Origin: a virus
IMG/VR virus record: IMGVR_UViG_3300025120_000025
Location: 1-64,000 of that record
Direction: 5' to 3' (one strand)
DNA length: 64,000 bases
In this document: positions 29,702 to 39,986 of the stretch, piece after piece
How the letters are laid out: every line of letters starts with the position of its first letter
Position numbering within the stretch: the first letter of the stretch is position 1
Made by a program: the position numbers and the translations under genes
The notes under the pieces: model-generated
Databases searched by the model: none
The model's input: the letters and a program-made list of their open reading frames with translations, nothing else
What the model was told of the DNA's origin: nothing

Positions 29702-31615
29702 ATGGCATTTCAACTTTCACCAGGCGTTCTAGTACGAGAAATCGACTTGACACAGGTTGTGCCAGCAGTAGCAACCTCACCAGGCGCCTATGCAGGTGTT
29801 TTTCAGTGGGGACCTGTAGACGAGGTAATTAATGTAGGTTCAGAGAACGAATTAGTAGAAAAATTCGGTCAACCTGATGCAAGTACATTTTCTTACTTCT
29901 TTACTGCGGCAAACTTTCTGTCATATGGGTCTAATCTTCAAGTGGTTAGAGCGGCGACAGGCAATACCAATGCGGCACAAGACGGCAGTGGTTTCCTAAT
30001 TAAGAATGAATCCCACTACGATACACTAGGCGCTTCAGCAGTTGCTAGTGGACTCGGAGATTGGGGAGCGAAGTATCCAGGAACTTTGGGTAATTCAATC
30101 AAAGTATCAGTTTGTATGAATGCAAACTCATATTCACAGACAAACGTAACAACAACGACTGCAAACACAGCATCGGGTTCGACTACAATAGCAGTAGTTG
30201 CCGCCGCTAATTTGATTGCAGGAGATATCGTTACTTTCGCTGGTCATACGACAGAATATGAAATTACTGGTATTTCAACAAACACACTCACTATCAGAGA
30301 AAAAGGTAAGACAACAGGTCTTACTCAAGCAGTAGATGGATCAAGTTCTGCAATCAACGTATCAGTAAAATGGTTTTTTGCTGACGATTTTGACGGCGCA
30401 CCAGGAACATCTGCACAAGCAACAGCAAGAGGTGGAGCGAATGACGAAATTCATGTAGTCGTAATTGACGAAGATGGATTGTGGTCTGAAACTGCAGGAA
30501 CAGTTCTTGAGAAGTTTTCAAATCTCTCAGTTGCAAGTGACGCTAAAAAATCTGATGGTACTGTAAATTTCTATAAAGACCACATCAATACATATTCAAG
30601 ATATATTTGGTGGGGTGACCATCACACTGATTTCGACAGTGATGTAGGTGCCGCCGCTGGATTACTGAATAACACTTTCTCACACACTGGCAGAAAACCT
30701 CAATATGTTTCACTTGCTGGTGGTACTGATGATAACGCACCAACTGATGGTGAACTTCAAACTGCATTTATTCACTTTGCAAATGATGAAAAGTATGATG
30801 TTTCACTAATTCCAGTAGGTCCTGTATCAGGTACAGTAGCAAAGTACGTTGTCGATAACGTAGCAGAAATCAGAAAAGACTGTATGGTATTCTTATCACC
30901 AGAACTTGCTGATGCTCAAGCAACAGACGCCGCTACACAGATTGTAGACTTCAGAAATGTGGGTGCTAATATTAACTCATCTTTCGCAGTCATGGACAGT
31001 GGTTGGAAATATCAATATGACAGATACAACGATGTGTATCGTTACATTCCTTTGAATGGTGACGTTGCTGGTTGTTGTGTTAGAACAGACTTAGTTGCTG
31101 ATCCTTTCTTTAGTCCTGCTGGATTTAATAGAGGTCAGATTAAAAATGCAGTTAAAGTTGCATTCTCACCGACTAAAGCAGAGAGAGATACGCTTTATAA
31201 AAAGCAAATCAATCCAGTTGTCGCATTCCCTGGACAAGGCGTAACATTGTTTGGAGACAAAACTATGTTGACTTCACCAAGTGCATTCGATAGAATTAAT
31301 GTAAGAAGACTTTTCATTGTTCTAGAAAAAGCGATTGCCACAGCGGCGAAGTTCCAGTTGTTTGAATTCAATGATACATTCACTAGAGCGAACTTTAGAA
31401 ATCTTGTAGAACCTTTCTTACGAGACATTCAAGGTCGTAGAGGTATCATCGACTTTAAAGTTGTGTGTGATACAACTAATAATACACCTGCCGTTATTGA
31501 TGGTAATGAATTCAGAGCAGATATCTTTGTTAAACCTGCAAGGTCTATCAACTTTATTACACTGACTTTTGTTGCAACAAGAACAGGAATCAGTTTCGAA
31601 GAGACTGGTGTATAA
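29702..31615 (+). CDS. gp18: tail sheath protein gp18
   Basis: SPGVLVREIDLT, SPAGFNRG, FDRINVRRLF, KPARSINFI. Confidence 0.97.
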   Translation: MAFQLSPGVLVREIDLTQVVPAVATSPGAYAGVFQWGPVDEVINVGSENELVEKFGQPDASTFSYFFTAANFLSYGSNLQVVRAATGNTNAAQDGSGFLIKNESHYDTLGASAVASGLGDWGAKYPGTLGNSIKVSVCMNANSYSQTNVTTTTANTASGSTTIAVVAAANLIAGDIVTFAGHTTEYEITGISTNTLTIREKGKTTGLTQAVDGSSSAINVSVKWFFADDFDGAPGTSAQATARGGANDEIHVVVIDEDGLWSETAGTVLEKFSNLSVASDAKKSDGTVNFYKDHINTYSRYIWWGDHHTDFDSDVGAAAGLLNNTFSHTGRKPQYVSLAGGTDDNAPTDGELQTAFIHFANDEKYDVSLIPVGPVSGTVAKYVVDNVAEIRKDCMVFLSPELADAQATDAATQIVDFRNVGANINSSFAVMDSGWKYQYDRYNDVYRYIPLNGDVAGCCVRTDLVADPFFSPAGFNRGQIKNAVKVAFSPTKAERDTLYKKQINPVVAFPGQGVTLFGDKTMLTSPSAFDRINVRRLFIVLEKAIATAAKFQLFEFNDTFTRANFRNLVEPFLRDIQGRRGIIDFKVVCDTTNNTPAVIDGNEFRADIFVKPARSINFITLTFVATRTGISFEETGV

Positions 31616-31647
31616 GGGATAAATAAAGGTAAATAGGAGCAAATACA

Positions 31648-32217
31648 ATGGCAACAATTTCAGACTTTAAATCCCGTATGATTGGTGGGGGTGCTAGAGC
31701 AAACCAGTTTAGAGCAACGCTAACTTTTCCGGCATATGTGTCGGGAGCAGTAGCAGGTGTAGCAGGCAGAGACAGTGAGTTCTTGTGCCGAGGTGCCGCA
31801 CTACCTGGTTCAACAATAGGTAACACACCTGTCAACTATAGGGGACGTGTAGTAAACTTTGGTGGAGAGAGAACTTTCACACCTTGGACTGTCACAATCT
31901 ATAATGATACATCTTTTGCAATTCGTGACGCATTAGAAATCTGGCAGAATGGTATCAACAACGTAGTAACAAATAGAGGTAGACAATTTCCTGCCGAATA
32001 TCTTGTTGATTTACGCATTGACCATCTTGACAGAAATGACGATGTTCTAAAATCGTACTTAATTAAAGATGCATATCCAACTAACATTGGTGAGATTGCA
32101 CTTGACTTTGGTACAAACGATGCGATTGCAGAGTTTACTTGTGAATTTACATATCAATTCTTTGAAAGTGTTGGTGGTCGTTTCGGTGGTAATGTAACCG
32201 CTGATACTACTGCTTAA
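31648..32217 (+). CDS. gp19: tail tube protein gp19
   Basis: GGGARANQF, GERTF..WTVTIYND, YPTNIGEI.LD. Confidence 0.95.
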   Translation: MATISDFKSRMIGGGARANQFRATLTFPAYVSGAVAGVAGRDSEFLCRGAALPGSTIGNTPVNYRGRVVNFGGERTFTPWTVTIYNDTSFAIRDALEIWQNGINNVVTNRGRQFPAEYLVDLRIDHLDRNDDVLKSYLIKDAYPTNIGEIALDFGTNDAIAEFTCEFTYQFFESVGGRFGGNVTADTTA

Positions 32218-32266
32218 TACCTAACAAAGTTTTCAGATATAATATGATTTAGTGGAGAAAATATAA

Positions 32267-33778
32267 ATGGCAGTAAAACTATTTGGATTCGAAATTTCAA
32301 GACCTGGAGGGGAGGGTAGTGTCAAACAAGACATTATTCTTCCATCTCCTGACGATGGTGTACAAACCGTTTCTGGTGGTGCTTTTGGTACATATGTAGA
32401 CCAAGGATACGCATCTAGAAACGAAGCAGACCTAATCAAAAAGTATCGGGAAATTTCTATGCATCCTGAGTGCGAAGCGGCGATTGATGATATTATCAAC
32501 GAAGCAATCGTATCAGATGAAGATAGACAAGTCGATATAATGTTAGATGATGTTAATCTTTCGAATTCAATCAAGAAAAAAATTAAAGAAGAATTTGATT
32601 TAATTCTACGAATGCTTGATTTTAATAAGCGTTCACATGAATTATTCAAGCGTTGGTATGTTGATGGTAGAGTATACTTTCACAAAGTAGTGGACTCTGC
32701 TAATAAGACTTCCGGCATTCAAAAATTAAGAATTATTGATCCACGTTCAATTAAGTTTGTTCGTGAGGTTCAAAAAGATGATAAGAGAGAACTTGAAAAA
32801 GGTGTCTCTACAATTAAGAGTATCAAAGAATACTTCTTATATTCAGAAGGTAGCGTCATGGGTCCAACTATGACTGCATCAAAAAATGCTATTGCTCTTA
32901 CAAAAGATAGCGTTGCTTATATACCTTCTGGTTTAACAGACATGAACAATAATATTGTTCTTGGTTACTTGCATAAAGCAATCAAACCTGTTAATCAATT
33001 AAGAATGATGGAAGATGCACTTGTTATCTATCGTATCGCAAGGGCACCTGAAAGAAGAGTGTTCTATGTAGATGTTGGTAACTTACCTAAGTTAAAAGCA
33101 GAACAGTATCTAAAAGATATTATGAACAACTTTAAGAACAAGTTAGTTTATGATGGTGATACTGGCGAAGTCAAAGACGATAAAAAGTTTATGAATATGC
33201 TTGAAGACTTTTGGATGCCACGAAGAGAAGGCGGAAGAGGTACAGAGATTAGCACATTAGGTGGTGGTCAGAACCTCGGTGAGATTGAAGATGTTGAGTA
33301 TTTTAAGAAGAAGATGTTCTTAGCACTTAATGTACCGCAGTCTCGTATGCAACCTGAAAGTGGTTTTCAGTTAGGTAGAGCAACAGAGATTAATCGTGAT
33401 GAATTAAAGTTTACTAAATTTGTCGGTCGTTTGCGTAAAAAGTTTAATGAAGTATTTCAAGACTTGTTGCGTACACAGTTAATACTTAAAAATATTATTA
33501 CTCAAGACGAATGGGAAACAATTAAAGAAGACATTCATTATGATTATGTAAAAGATAATCAATTCTCTGAACTTAAAGACCAAGAGATATTGAGAGAAAG
33601 ATTAGCACTGGTTCGTGATGCAGATGAATATATCGGCAAGTATTACAGTGTGACTTGGATTAGAAAAAATATTCTGAAACAAAATGACGCTGAAATTGAT
33701 GCGATAAATAATCAAATACAAGCAGAAGTTCCAGACGAAGAAGAAACGCCTAATGATGACGATGATGGAGGATTTTAA
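32267..33778 (+). CDS. gp20: portal protein gp20
   Basis: WYVDGR, YLHKAIK..NQLRMMEDALVIYRIARAPERR, EDFWMPRREGGRGTEI. Confidence 0.97.
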   Translation: MAVKLFGFEISRPGGEGSVKQDIILPSPDDGVQTVSGGAFGTYVDQGYASRNEADLIKKYREISMHPECEAAIDDIINEAIVSDEDRQVDIMLDDVNLSNSIKKKIKEEFDLILRMLDFNKRSHELFKRWYVDGRVYFHKVVDSANKTSGIQKLRIIDPRSIKFVREVQKDDKRELEKGVSTIKSIKEYFLYSEGSVMGPTMTASKNAIALTKDSVAYIPSGLTDMNNNIVLGYLHKAIKPVNQLRMMEDALVIYRIARAPERRVFYVDVGNLPKLKAEQYLKDIMNNFKNKLVYDGDTGEVKDDKKFMNMLEDFWMPRREGGRGTEISTLGGGQNLGEIEDVEYFKKKMFLALNVPQSRMQPESGFQLGRATEINRDELKFTKFVGRLRKKFNEVFQDLLRTQLILKNIITQDEWETIKEDIHYDYVKDNQFSELKDQEILRERLALVRDADEYIGKYYSVTWIRKNILKQNDAEIDAINNQIQAEVPDEEETPNDDDDGGF

Positions 33779-33972
33779 TGGCAAAAGAAAAAGTAAACGC
33801 AATGGTTAAAGATATTACAGATAAAAATCTAGTAGATGCAGAAACAAAGTTTCAATCTGTGATGAACGATAAGATTGCAAGTCAACTTGCAACAGCAAAA
33901 GAAACACTATCTAAAACAATTTTTAATGACAAAGGCGAGTTAGATTTAGAGAAAACAGTACCTCAGGAGTAA
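33778..33972 (+). CDS. prohead core protein gp67-like
   Basis: Small helical protein directly after the portal gene (T4 synteny). Confidence 0.6.
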   Translation: MAKEKVNAMVKDITDKNLVDAETKFQSVMNDKIASQLATAKETLSKTIFNDKGELDLEKTVPQE

Positions 33973-33978
33973 TAACAA

Positions 33979-35568
33979 ATGTCTGTCACATTCACCCAAG
34001 TAAGAAACACGATAGACTTATCTGAAAAAATTAAGATTGGTTCAGGTGAGAAAGTTGTGAAGACTGATAAAATTGGTCGTAGTAAAAAGATTGAATTCAC
34101 TATCACATCAAAAGCAGGTAAGTTTTTTGCTTACTTTGATGGAGAGAAGTACGCCGGATCATATAAGAAACAAGCAGACGTTGAAAAAATTGCAAAAGAT
34201 TACTTAAAACTTGTGGGTGAAGAGTTGCAAGAAAATCGTGCAAAACGTGATGCAATGAAAGCAATGGGCATGAGAAGAGGTAAAGATTCCGCTGATGTTG
34301 ATAATGATGCAACAGACGATGACCAAAAAGCGGCAGACAAAAACATTATGGTTCAGTTGCGTAAAGTAATTACATTAAGAGGTATGAAACCTGTCACATT
34401 CGATAATGGCAAAAAAGCAAAAATTAATCCAAACGATGCACAGAAAATGCTATCAATATATCAAGGATTGAAACCAGCATCAAAATTACAATTACAAAAA
34501 GTATTATCGAAGTCACCACAAGATTTTGCGAAAGCAGTGAAACAACTTAAAGAAAACGAATTCTTTGACGAAGACATTACTGAAGCAAAGTCTGCTACAG
34601 GTTACGAAATTTTTCACAAAGATTACTCATCTGCAATGCAACACGCTACTGATTTTGCAAAGAAGAAAGGTCAAGAGATTGATCCGAACGAGATTGATAG
34701 CAAAGTTGCAACAGGACCTAAGAAACCTTCTAAGGGTAAAGAAAACTCATTCAACCTCAAAACTAAAAAAGGTAAGTCGTGGTCTGTGCAAGTATACAAC
34801 ATGGGTAATAAGTACGAACTTAATATGTACTTAACTTCAGAAAATGATCCACTTAAAGAAGCAGTTAAATACAAATTTGTTGCCGTAGATACCAAAGGTA
34901 AAATCATTGGGTTCTCATCTAAGCAATCTGATGCAAAAGATATGGCGAAAAGAAACAATGGTGTTTTTCATAAGTTGAAAGAACCTATGTCACCAAAGGT
35001 TGGAGATAAAGAAGTCAACAGACCTTTCAATCCTGTACTCAAGGCACAAGTCGAAATTGATGAAGGTATGAAGATGGACGATCCTAAGTTAATCAAGATA
35101 TTTGATAAACTAAAGAAAGGTTCTAAGATTAAGATTAAGCATGATTCCACACTAGAAAGAGGTAAAGACTTTATCTCTTATACTGTGACTGCAAAGAATA
35201 TCGTAGGTAAAGGTAAGCGTTTTGAACAAGAGAAGATTACATTAAAGAACGATGACAATCCTACTGGTATGAAGAAGTATCTCTATAATAGAGATGGAAA
35301 AGTTACTATGGCCGCAGGCGACATGGCAGTATCTATTGCTGATATTAGAGAAGCAGTTGAGATTGACGAAAGTATGATGTCTAGAATTCATCAGATGGTT
35401 TCAGATGGTGCGAGTGCTAAAGAAATTGCAGATGAGATTGCAAAGATGAGACCAGCAAGTAAAGTAAATATTAAAACAATACAAAAATTAATAAAAGGAT
35501 TCAAAGACGATATGTCAGAGAGAGTTCAAAAAAACATTACATTTAAAAGTTTCGTAAAACAACTTTAA
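33979..35568 (+). CDS. prohead core/internal head protein with multiple gp21-type cleavage sites
   Basis: At the gp68 locus; Lys-rich modules separated by (I/L/M)-X-E sites. Confidence 0.55.
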   Translation: MSVTFTQVRNTIDLSEKIKIGSGEKVVKTDKIGRSKKIEFTITSKAGKFFAYFDGEKYAGSYKKQADVEKIAKDYLKLVGEELQENRAKRDAMKAMGMRRGKDSADVDNDATDDDQKAADKNIMVQLRKVITLRGMKPVTFDNGKKAKINPNDAQKMLSIYQGLKPASKLQLQKVLSKSPQDFAKAVKQLKENEFFDEDITEAKSATGYEIFHKDYSSAMQHATDFAKKKGQEIDPNEIDSKVATGPKKPSKGKENSFNLKTKKGKSWSVQVYNMGNKYELNMYLTSENDPLKEAVKYKFVAVDTKGKIIGFSSKQSDAKDMAKRNNGVFHKLKEPMSPKVGDKEVNRPFNPVLKAQVEIDEGMKMDDPKLIKIFDKLKKGSKIKIKHDSTLERGKDFISYTVTAKNIVGKGKRFEQEKITLKNDDNPTGMKKYLYNRDGKVTMAAGDMAVSIADIREAVEIDESMMSRIHQMVSDGASAKEIADEIAKMRPASKVNIKTIQKLIKGFKDDMSERVQKNITFKSFVKQL

Positions 35569-35584
35569 TGAACGAATGTAATCT

Positions 35585-35592
35585 TATAAATA
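35585..35592 (+). promoter_or_regulatory. T4-type late promoter
   Basis: Intergenic TATAAATA. Confidence 0.8.
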
Positions 35593-35616
35593 ATAGTAAG
35601 ATAAAAGGGTAAACAA

Positions 35617-35973
35617 ATGGCAATAGGAGCAACCAATCTAAAAGTCACCAAAACCACTAATGTAGTGCGTGTGACTGGAGGTGCCGGAAACGTGGCAATC
35701 GATATCGACCACGCAAGTTTTCTGGTGACTAATCAAACTGCAAGTAACCCGACAGTAGGTATTAAAGAAATTTACTGGTCAGGAGATGTTACAATAGAAT
35801 CCGCTACTACTGGAACCATCAGATTTGATTCCGGTGGTGTTACAGCAGGTCACTTTATACTACCAGTAACAGACACAACTGATAGCGATGAGAATGTTAA
35901 AGTTACTCTTGCTACTGGTTCTGGAACGTGCATCTTAGTACTGAAAAAATTAACAGGATATGCAGGTATCTAA
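35617..35973 (+). CDS. putative virion protein
   Basis: Own late promoter; beta-rich; paralogue of 26953..27324. Confidence 0.65.
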   Translation: MAIGATNLKVTKTTNVVRVTGGAGNVAIDIDHASFLVTNQTASNPTVGIKEIYWSGDVTIESATTGTIRFDSGGVTAGHFILPVTDTTDSDENVKVTLATGSGTCILVLKKLTGYAGI

Positions 35974-35975
35974 AC

Positions 35976-36623
35976 ATGAAACTTATTAGAGAAGAACTTA
36001 GTAACACAAACTTTTTAGTTGAGGAAAAAGACGGCAAGAAGAAATACTTTATTGAAGGTGTCTTCATGCAGGCAGACCTCAAAAACAGAAATGGACGGAG
36101 ATATCCGAAGTCAGTAATGGAGACAGAAGTCAAGCGTTACACGACTGAAAATATCGATAAGAACAGAGCGTTCGGTGAGTTGGGACATCCTGATGGACCA
36201 ACAATCAATCTTGAAAGAGTATCGCACATGATTACAGACCTATCTATGGATGGTTCTAATGTTATGGGTAGAGCAAAAATTATGGAAACTCCATATGGTA
36301 AGATTGTTAAGAATTTGATGGACGAGGGCGCAACCTTGGGCGTATCTTCAAGAGGAATGGGTTCCCTTAAACAAGGAAAAGACGGTTCTTCAGAAGTGCA
36401 AGGAGATTTCTATCTTGCAACCGCCGCCGATATCGTAGCAGACCCATCTGCACCTGATGCATTTGTTAATGGCATCATGGAGAATAAAGAATGGGTATGG
36501 GATAGCGGTCTCATCAAAGAAGTGAATATCGAAGGATACAAAAGAGATATTAAAAATGCTAGTATGAATTCTCTGGAAGAAGCAAAACTAAAAGCATTTA
36601 ATGATTTCTTGGGTAAACTTTAA
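35976..36623 (+). CDS. gp21: prohead protease gp21
   Basis: Start moved to MKLIRE; NRNGRRY, GELGHP, GVSSRGMGS, DIVADPSAPDA. Confidence 0.95.
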   Translation: MKLIREELSNTNFLVEEKDGKKKYFIEGVFMQADLKNRNGRRYPKSVMETEVKRYTTENIDKNRAFGELGHPDGPTINLERVSHMITDLSMDGSNVMGRAKIMETPYGKIVKNLMDEGATLGVSSRGMGSLKQGKDGSSEVQGDFYLATAADIVADPSAPDAFVNGIMENKEWVWDSGLIKEVNIEGYKRDIKNASMNSLEEAKLKAFNDFLGKL

Positions 36624-36626
36624 CCT

Positions 36627-36634
36627 TATAAATA
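36627..36634 (+). promoter_or_regulatory. T4-type late promoter
   Basis: TATAAATA upstream of gp22. Confidence 0.8.
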
Positions 36635-36660
36635 ATAGACAAAACATATAGGAGTGTCAA

Positions 36661-37896
36661 ATGTCAGTAGAAGATAAAATCAAAGAGTTGCTAGAAGCAT
36701 CTCAGAATGCCAACGCTCCTGCAGATAATCTAGAAGAAAAAGCACCTGCTGGTGTTGAAGATTTAGGTCCTGCAGTGGATAAACCAGAGGCAAAATCTGG
36801 TCCAGACGCTGGTAAGAAAAGTAAAAAAGCGGCAGTGCCGGGTGGTGAAGCGAACAAAGGTGAGCAGAAAATCAAACCAGGTGCTACTAAAGTAAAAGAA
36901 GATGATGAAGCAGACGAAGATTTAGAAGCGATTGCTGATGAAGTACTTGCTGATGAAGATTTAGAAGTAGTTGCTGAAAAGAAAACTGTTGCTAAAGAAG
37001 AAGAAGATGACGAAGACGAAGACGAAGCATCTGATGACGATGAAGAAGACGGCGACAAAGAAATGGGTGAAATGAAAGACAAAATTCTTAATGCTATGAA
37101 GCATATGGATAAAAAAGGTCTTAAAGCATCTTATAACTTAGTCTCTTCTATGGCAAAGAAAATGAATCCAACTAAAGAAGACCTTGATATGTCATCTGAC
37201 ATTGATGCGTTAACTGAAGGTTCTGATTTGTCAGACGAATTCAAAGCAAAAGCAAAAACCGTATTTGAAGCGGCAGTAACAGCAAAACTTGGCGAGAAGA
37301 TTGTTGAGTTGGAAGAGCATTATCAAACACAAATTAACGAAGAAACTGTGAAAGTACAAGAAGACTTGACAGACAAAGTAGATACATATCTTTCTTATGT
37401 TGTTGAGCAGTGGACAAAAGATAACGAACTCGCTATTGAGCGTGGTCTAAAATCTGAAATCACAGAAGATTTCATTGTTTCATTGAAGAAAGTATTCGAA
37501 GAGCATTACATTGATGTTCCAGAAGAAAAGTATGACGTAATGGCAGAACAGCAAGATAAGATTGCTTCACTAGAAGAAAAACTTAATGAAGAAATCGCTA
37601 AAAATGCTGAAAGCATGAAGTCAGTAAATGAAGCAAAGAAAGCATCTAAGTTAGAAGAAATGTCTAAAGATTTAACTGATACTCAAAAAGAGAAGTTAGT
37701 TGGTCTTGCAGAAGGCGTTACATTCTCTGATGTAGATACTTTCGAAAAAGAATTGGAAACACTCAAAGAGAGTTATTTTCCAAAGGTTGCCAAACCTATC
37801 GAAGAGGACGAAATTGCTGTTGAAGAAGTTGAAGCAGTCAATGTAACCGGTGAGATGAAAGACTATGTTTCTGCAATCTCCAGAACAATTAAGTGA
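36661..37896 (+). CDS. gp22: prohead scaffold protein gp22
   Basis: Acidic; LSDEFK.KA.TVFEAAV, YL.YVVE.W, F.EHYIDVPEEK. Confidence 0.93.
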   Translation: MSVEDKIKELLEASQNANAPADNLEEKAPAGVEDLGPAVDKPEAKSGPDAGKKSKKAAVPGGEANKGEQKIKPGATKVKEDDEADEDLEAIADEVLADEDLEVVAEKKTVAKEEEDDEDEDEASDDDEEDGDKEMGEMKDKILNAMKHMDKKGLKASYNLVSSMAKKMNPTKEDLDMSSDIDALTEGSDLSDEFKAKAKTVFEAAVTAKLGEKIVELEEHYQTQINEETVKVQEDLTDKVDTYLSYVVEQWTKDNELAIERGLKSEITEDFIVSLKKVFEEHYIDVPEEKYDVMAEQQDKIASLEEKLNEEIAKNAESMKSVNEAKKASKLEEMSKDLTDTQKEKLVGLAEGVTFSDVDTFEKELETLKESYFPKVAKPIEEDEIAVEEVEAVNVTGEMKDYVSAISRTIK

Positions 37897-37904
37897 TAAG
37901 GCAC

Positions 37905-37922
37905 TTGTGGCGAAAGTCGCAA
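37905..37922 (+). other. GAAA-tetraloop hairpin between gp22 and gp23
   Basis: TTGTGGC-GAAA-GTCGCAA followed by TTT. Confidence 0.5.
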
Positions 37923-37926
37923 TTTA

Positions 37927-37934
37927 TATAAATA
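37927..37934 (+). promoter_or_regulatory. T4-type late promoter
   Basis: TATAAATA upstream of gp23. Confidence 0.85.
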
Positions 37935-37972
37935 ATAAGACGTATATAGTTAAATAACGAGGAGATAAACAA

Positions 37973-39250
37973 ATGTTTTTAACAGAAAACCTTCAACAGA
38001 AGTGGGGTCCTGTTCTTGAGCATCCTGATTTACCAAAAATCGGCGATAGTTATAAGAAGGCAGTCACAACTGTTATCTTGGAAAACCAAGAAAAAGCAAT
38101 GAAAGAAGAGCGTGGAATGCTCCACGAAGCGGCACCGGTTAACGATGCGGCGACAATGCCAGACACTGGTGGCGTAGCAAAATTCGACCCAATCTTGATT
38201 TCGCTTGTTCGTAGAGCAATGCCTAATCTGATTGCGTATGATATCTGTGGTGTTCAACCAATGACAGGTCCAACTGGACTTATCTTTGCAATGAAATCAC
38301 GCTACTCTACACAAGGTGGTACAGAAGCACTACAAGCAGAAGCAGACACAGATTTCTCTGGTCTTGGTACTCATGCTAACAGCAATCCAGTGGAAGCACC
38401 ATTCACAACTGGTACTGGTGCAACAACCGCTAACGGTGAAGCACTTGGAGATGGTTCTGTCTCTATGGGTAACTCTGGTCATTTCAATGAAATGGCATTC
38501 TCAATCGAGAAAACTTCAGTAACAGCAAAGACAAGAGCGTTGAAAGCAGAATACACTCTTGAACTTGCACAAGACTTGAAAGCAGTTCATGGTCTTGACG
38601 CTGAAACTGAACTCGCTAATATCCTTTCAGCAGAAATTCTTGCTGAAATCAACAGAGAAGTTGTTCGTACTGTGTACTCATCTGCTAAAGCAGGCGCACA
38701 AGCAGGTGCAGTTGCATCCGCTGGTACTTTCGACTTAGACACCGACTCAAATGGTCGTTGGTCAGTTGAGCGTTTCAAGGGTCTATTGTTCCAAATCGAA
38801 AGAGATGCGAACACTATTGCACAAGATACTCGTAGAGGAAAAGGTAATTTCATTATCACTTCTTCAGACGTAGCATCTGCACTTGCAATGGCAGGCGTTC
38901 TTGATTACACTCCAGCACTTCAGAGCAACCTGACTGTAGATGACACTGGCAATACTCTTGCTGGTACTATCAACGGTGGATTGAAAGTTTACATCGATCC
39001 TTATTCAGCAAACGATTCTGATAGCAACCAGTTCTACTGTGTTGGTTATAAAGGTGCTAACGCATATGACGCTGGTATGTTCTACTGCCCATATGTACCT
39101 CTACAGATGGTAAGAGCAGTTGGAGAAAATACTTTCCAACCTAAGATTGGATTTAAGACAAGATACGGTCTTGTTTCTAACCCATTCACTTCTATCTCTG
39201 CAGACAGCAACGCATACTACAGATTGACTAAAGTTACTAACTTAATGTAA
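37973..39250 (+). CDS. gp23: major capsid protein gp23
   Basis: LISLVRR.MP, GVQPMTGPTGLIFAM, ELAQDLKAVHGLDAE, FQPKIGFKTRYG. Confidence 0.98.
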   Translation: MFLTENLQQKWGPVLEHPDLPKIGDSYKKAVTTVILENQEKAMKEERGMLHEAAPVNDAATMPDTGGVAKFDPILISLVRRAMPNLIAYDICGVQPMTGPTGLIFAMKSRYSTQGGTEALQAEADTDFSGLGTHANSNPVEAPFTTGTGATTANGEALGDGSVSMGNSGHFNEMAFSIEKTSVTAKTRALKAEYTLELAQDLKAVHGLDAETELANILSAEILAEINREVVRTVYSSAKAGAQAGAVASAGTFDLDTDSNGRWSVERFKGLLFQIERDANTIAQDTRRGKGNFIITSSDVASALAMAGVLDYTPALQSNLTVDDTGNTLAGTINGGLKVYIDPYSANDSDSNQFYCVGYKGANAYDAGMFYCPYVPLQMVRAVGENTFQPKIGFKTRYGLVSNPFTSISADSNAYYRLTKVTNLM

Positions 39251-39280
39251 TCTAAGTTGCTCCAATAAAGGGAGAGATTA

Positions 39281-39311
39281 AAGGGGTGGTCTTCGGATCG
39301 CCCCTTTTTTT
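39281..39311 (+). terminator. rho-independent terminator with cUUCGg tetraloop
   Basis: GGGGTGGTC-TTCG-GATCGCCCC followed by T7. Confidence 0.92.
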
Positions 39312-39315
39312 ATGA

Positions 39316-39323
39316 TATAAATA
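39316..39323 (+). promoter_or_regulatory. T4-type late promoter
   Basis: TATAAATA after the terminator, upstream of gp3. Confidence 0.8.
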
Positions 39324-39350
39324 GTAGTATCAATAAAGATAGGAACTACT

Positions 39351-39932
39351 ATGGCATATGATAAGAATATAACTATAACGAATTGGACCGATAACCCAGC
39401 GGCATCTAATCTCAATTTCTTAGCACCATCTCAGTTTGTATTCACAATGCAAAGATTAGGTGGAGTGGCATTCACTTGTCAAACTGCTAACATTCCTAAT
39501 ATATCGTTACAACCTAGCATACAATATGCAAGAGTAAAAGACACTCCGATTCCTGGAGATACTATTAGTTATGGTGATTTAATAATTACATTTTTGATTG
39601 ATGAGAATATGACAAACTTCAAAGCACTAGCAGATTGGATGATACAAATCACTGCAGACTTAGACACAGAAGATTATAATGCTTATATTAATAGACAACC
39701 AGGATATCCAGAAGCAGGCAATCAACAACTTAAACCTATTGCGCCTACGATGTCAGATGCTACGTTGACTATTACCGATAGCAACAACAACGCAAACGTA
39801 GAAATTCGCTATAACGACCTATTCCCAACATCTTTAGAAGCACTACAATTCGACATTACTGATACAAGTATGCCATATCTTACCGCAACTGCATCATTCA
39901 CCTTCTCTAAATATGAGATGGTTAAAATTTAG
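39351..39932 (+). CDS. gp3: tail completion/tube terminator gp3
   Basis: NFLAP..F.F, Q.ANIP.I, F.IDE.M.NF, SDATL.I, FPTSL. Confidence 0.85.
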   Translation: MAYDKNITITNWTDNPAASNLNFLAPSQFVFTMQRLGGVAFTCQTANIPNISLQPSIQYARVKDTPIPGDTISYGDLIITFLIDENMTNFKALADWMIQITADLDTEDYNAYINRQPGYPEAGNQQLKPIAPTMSDATLTITDSNNNANVEIRYNDLFPTSLEALQFDITDTSMPYLTATASFTFSKYEMVKI

Positions 39933-39935
39933 TTC

Positions 39936-39964
39936 TTGACATTTAATTAAACTTCTGTTATAAT
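39936..39964 (+). promoter_or_regulatory. sigma70-type early promoter
   Basis: TTGACA-17 bp-TATAAT with extended TG. Confidence 0.9.
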
Positions 39965-39986
39965 GATAGTTTGAAATGAGGTACAT

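Noticed and set aside
28007-39250. Introns, inteins or homing endonucleases in gp17, gp18, gp20 or gp23
   Set aside because: The ORFs are continuous and of ordinary length
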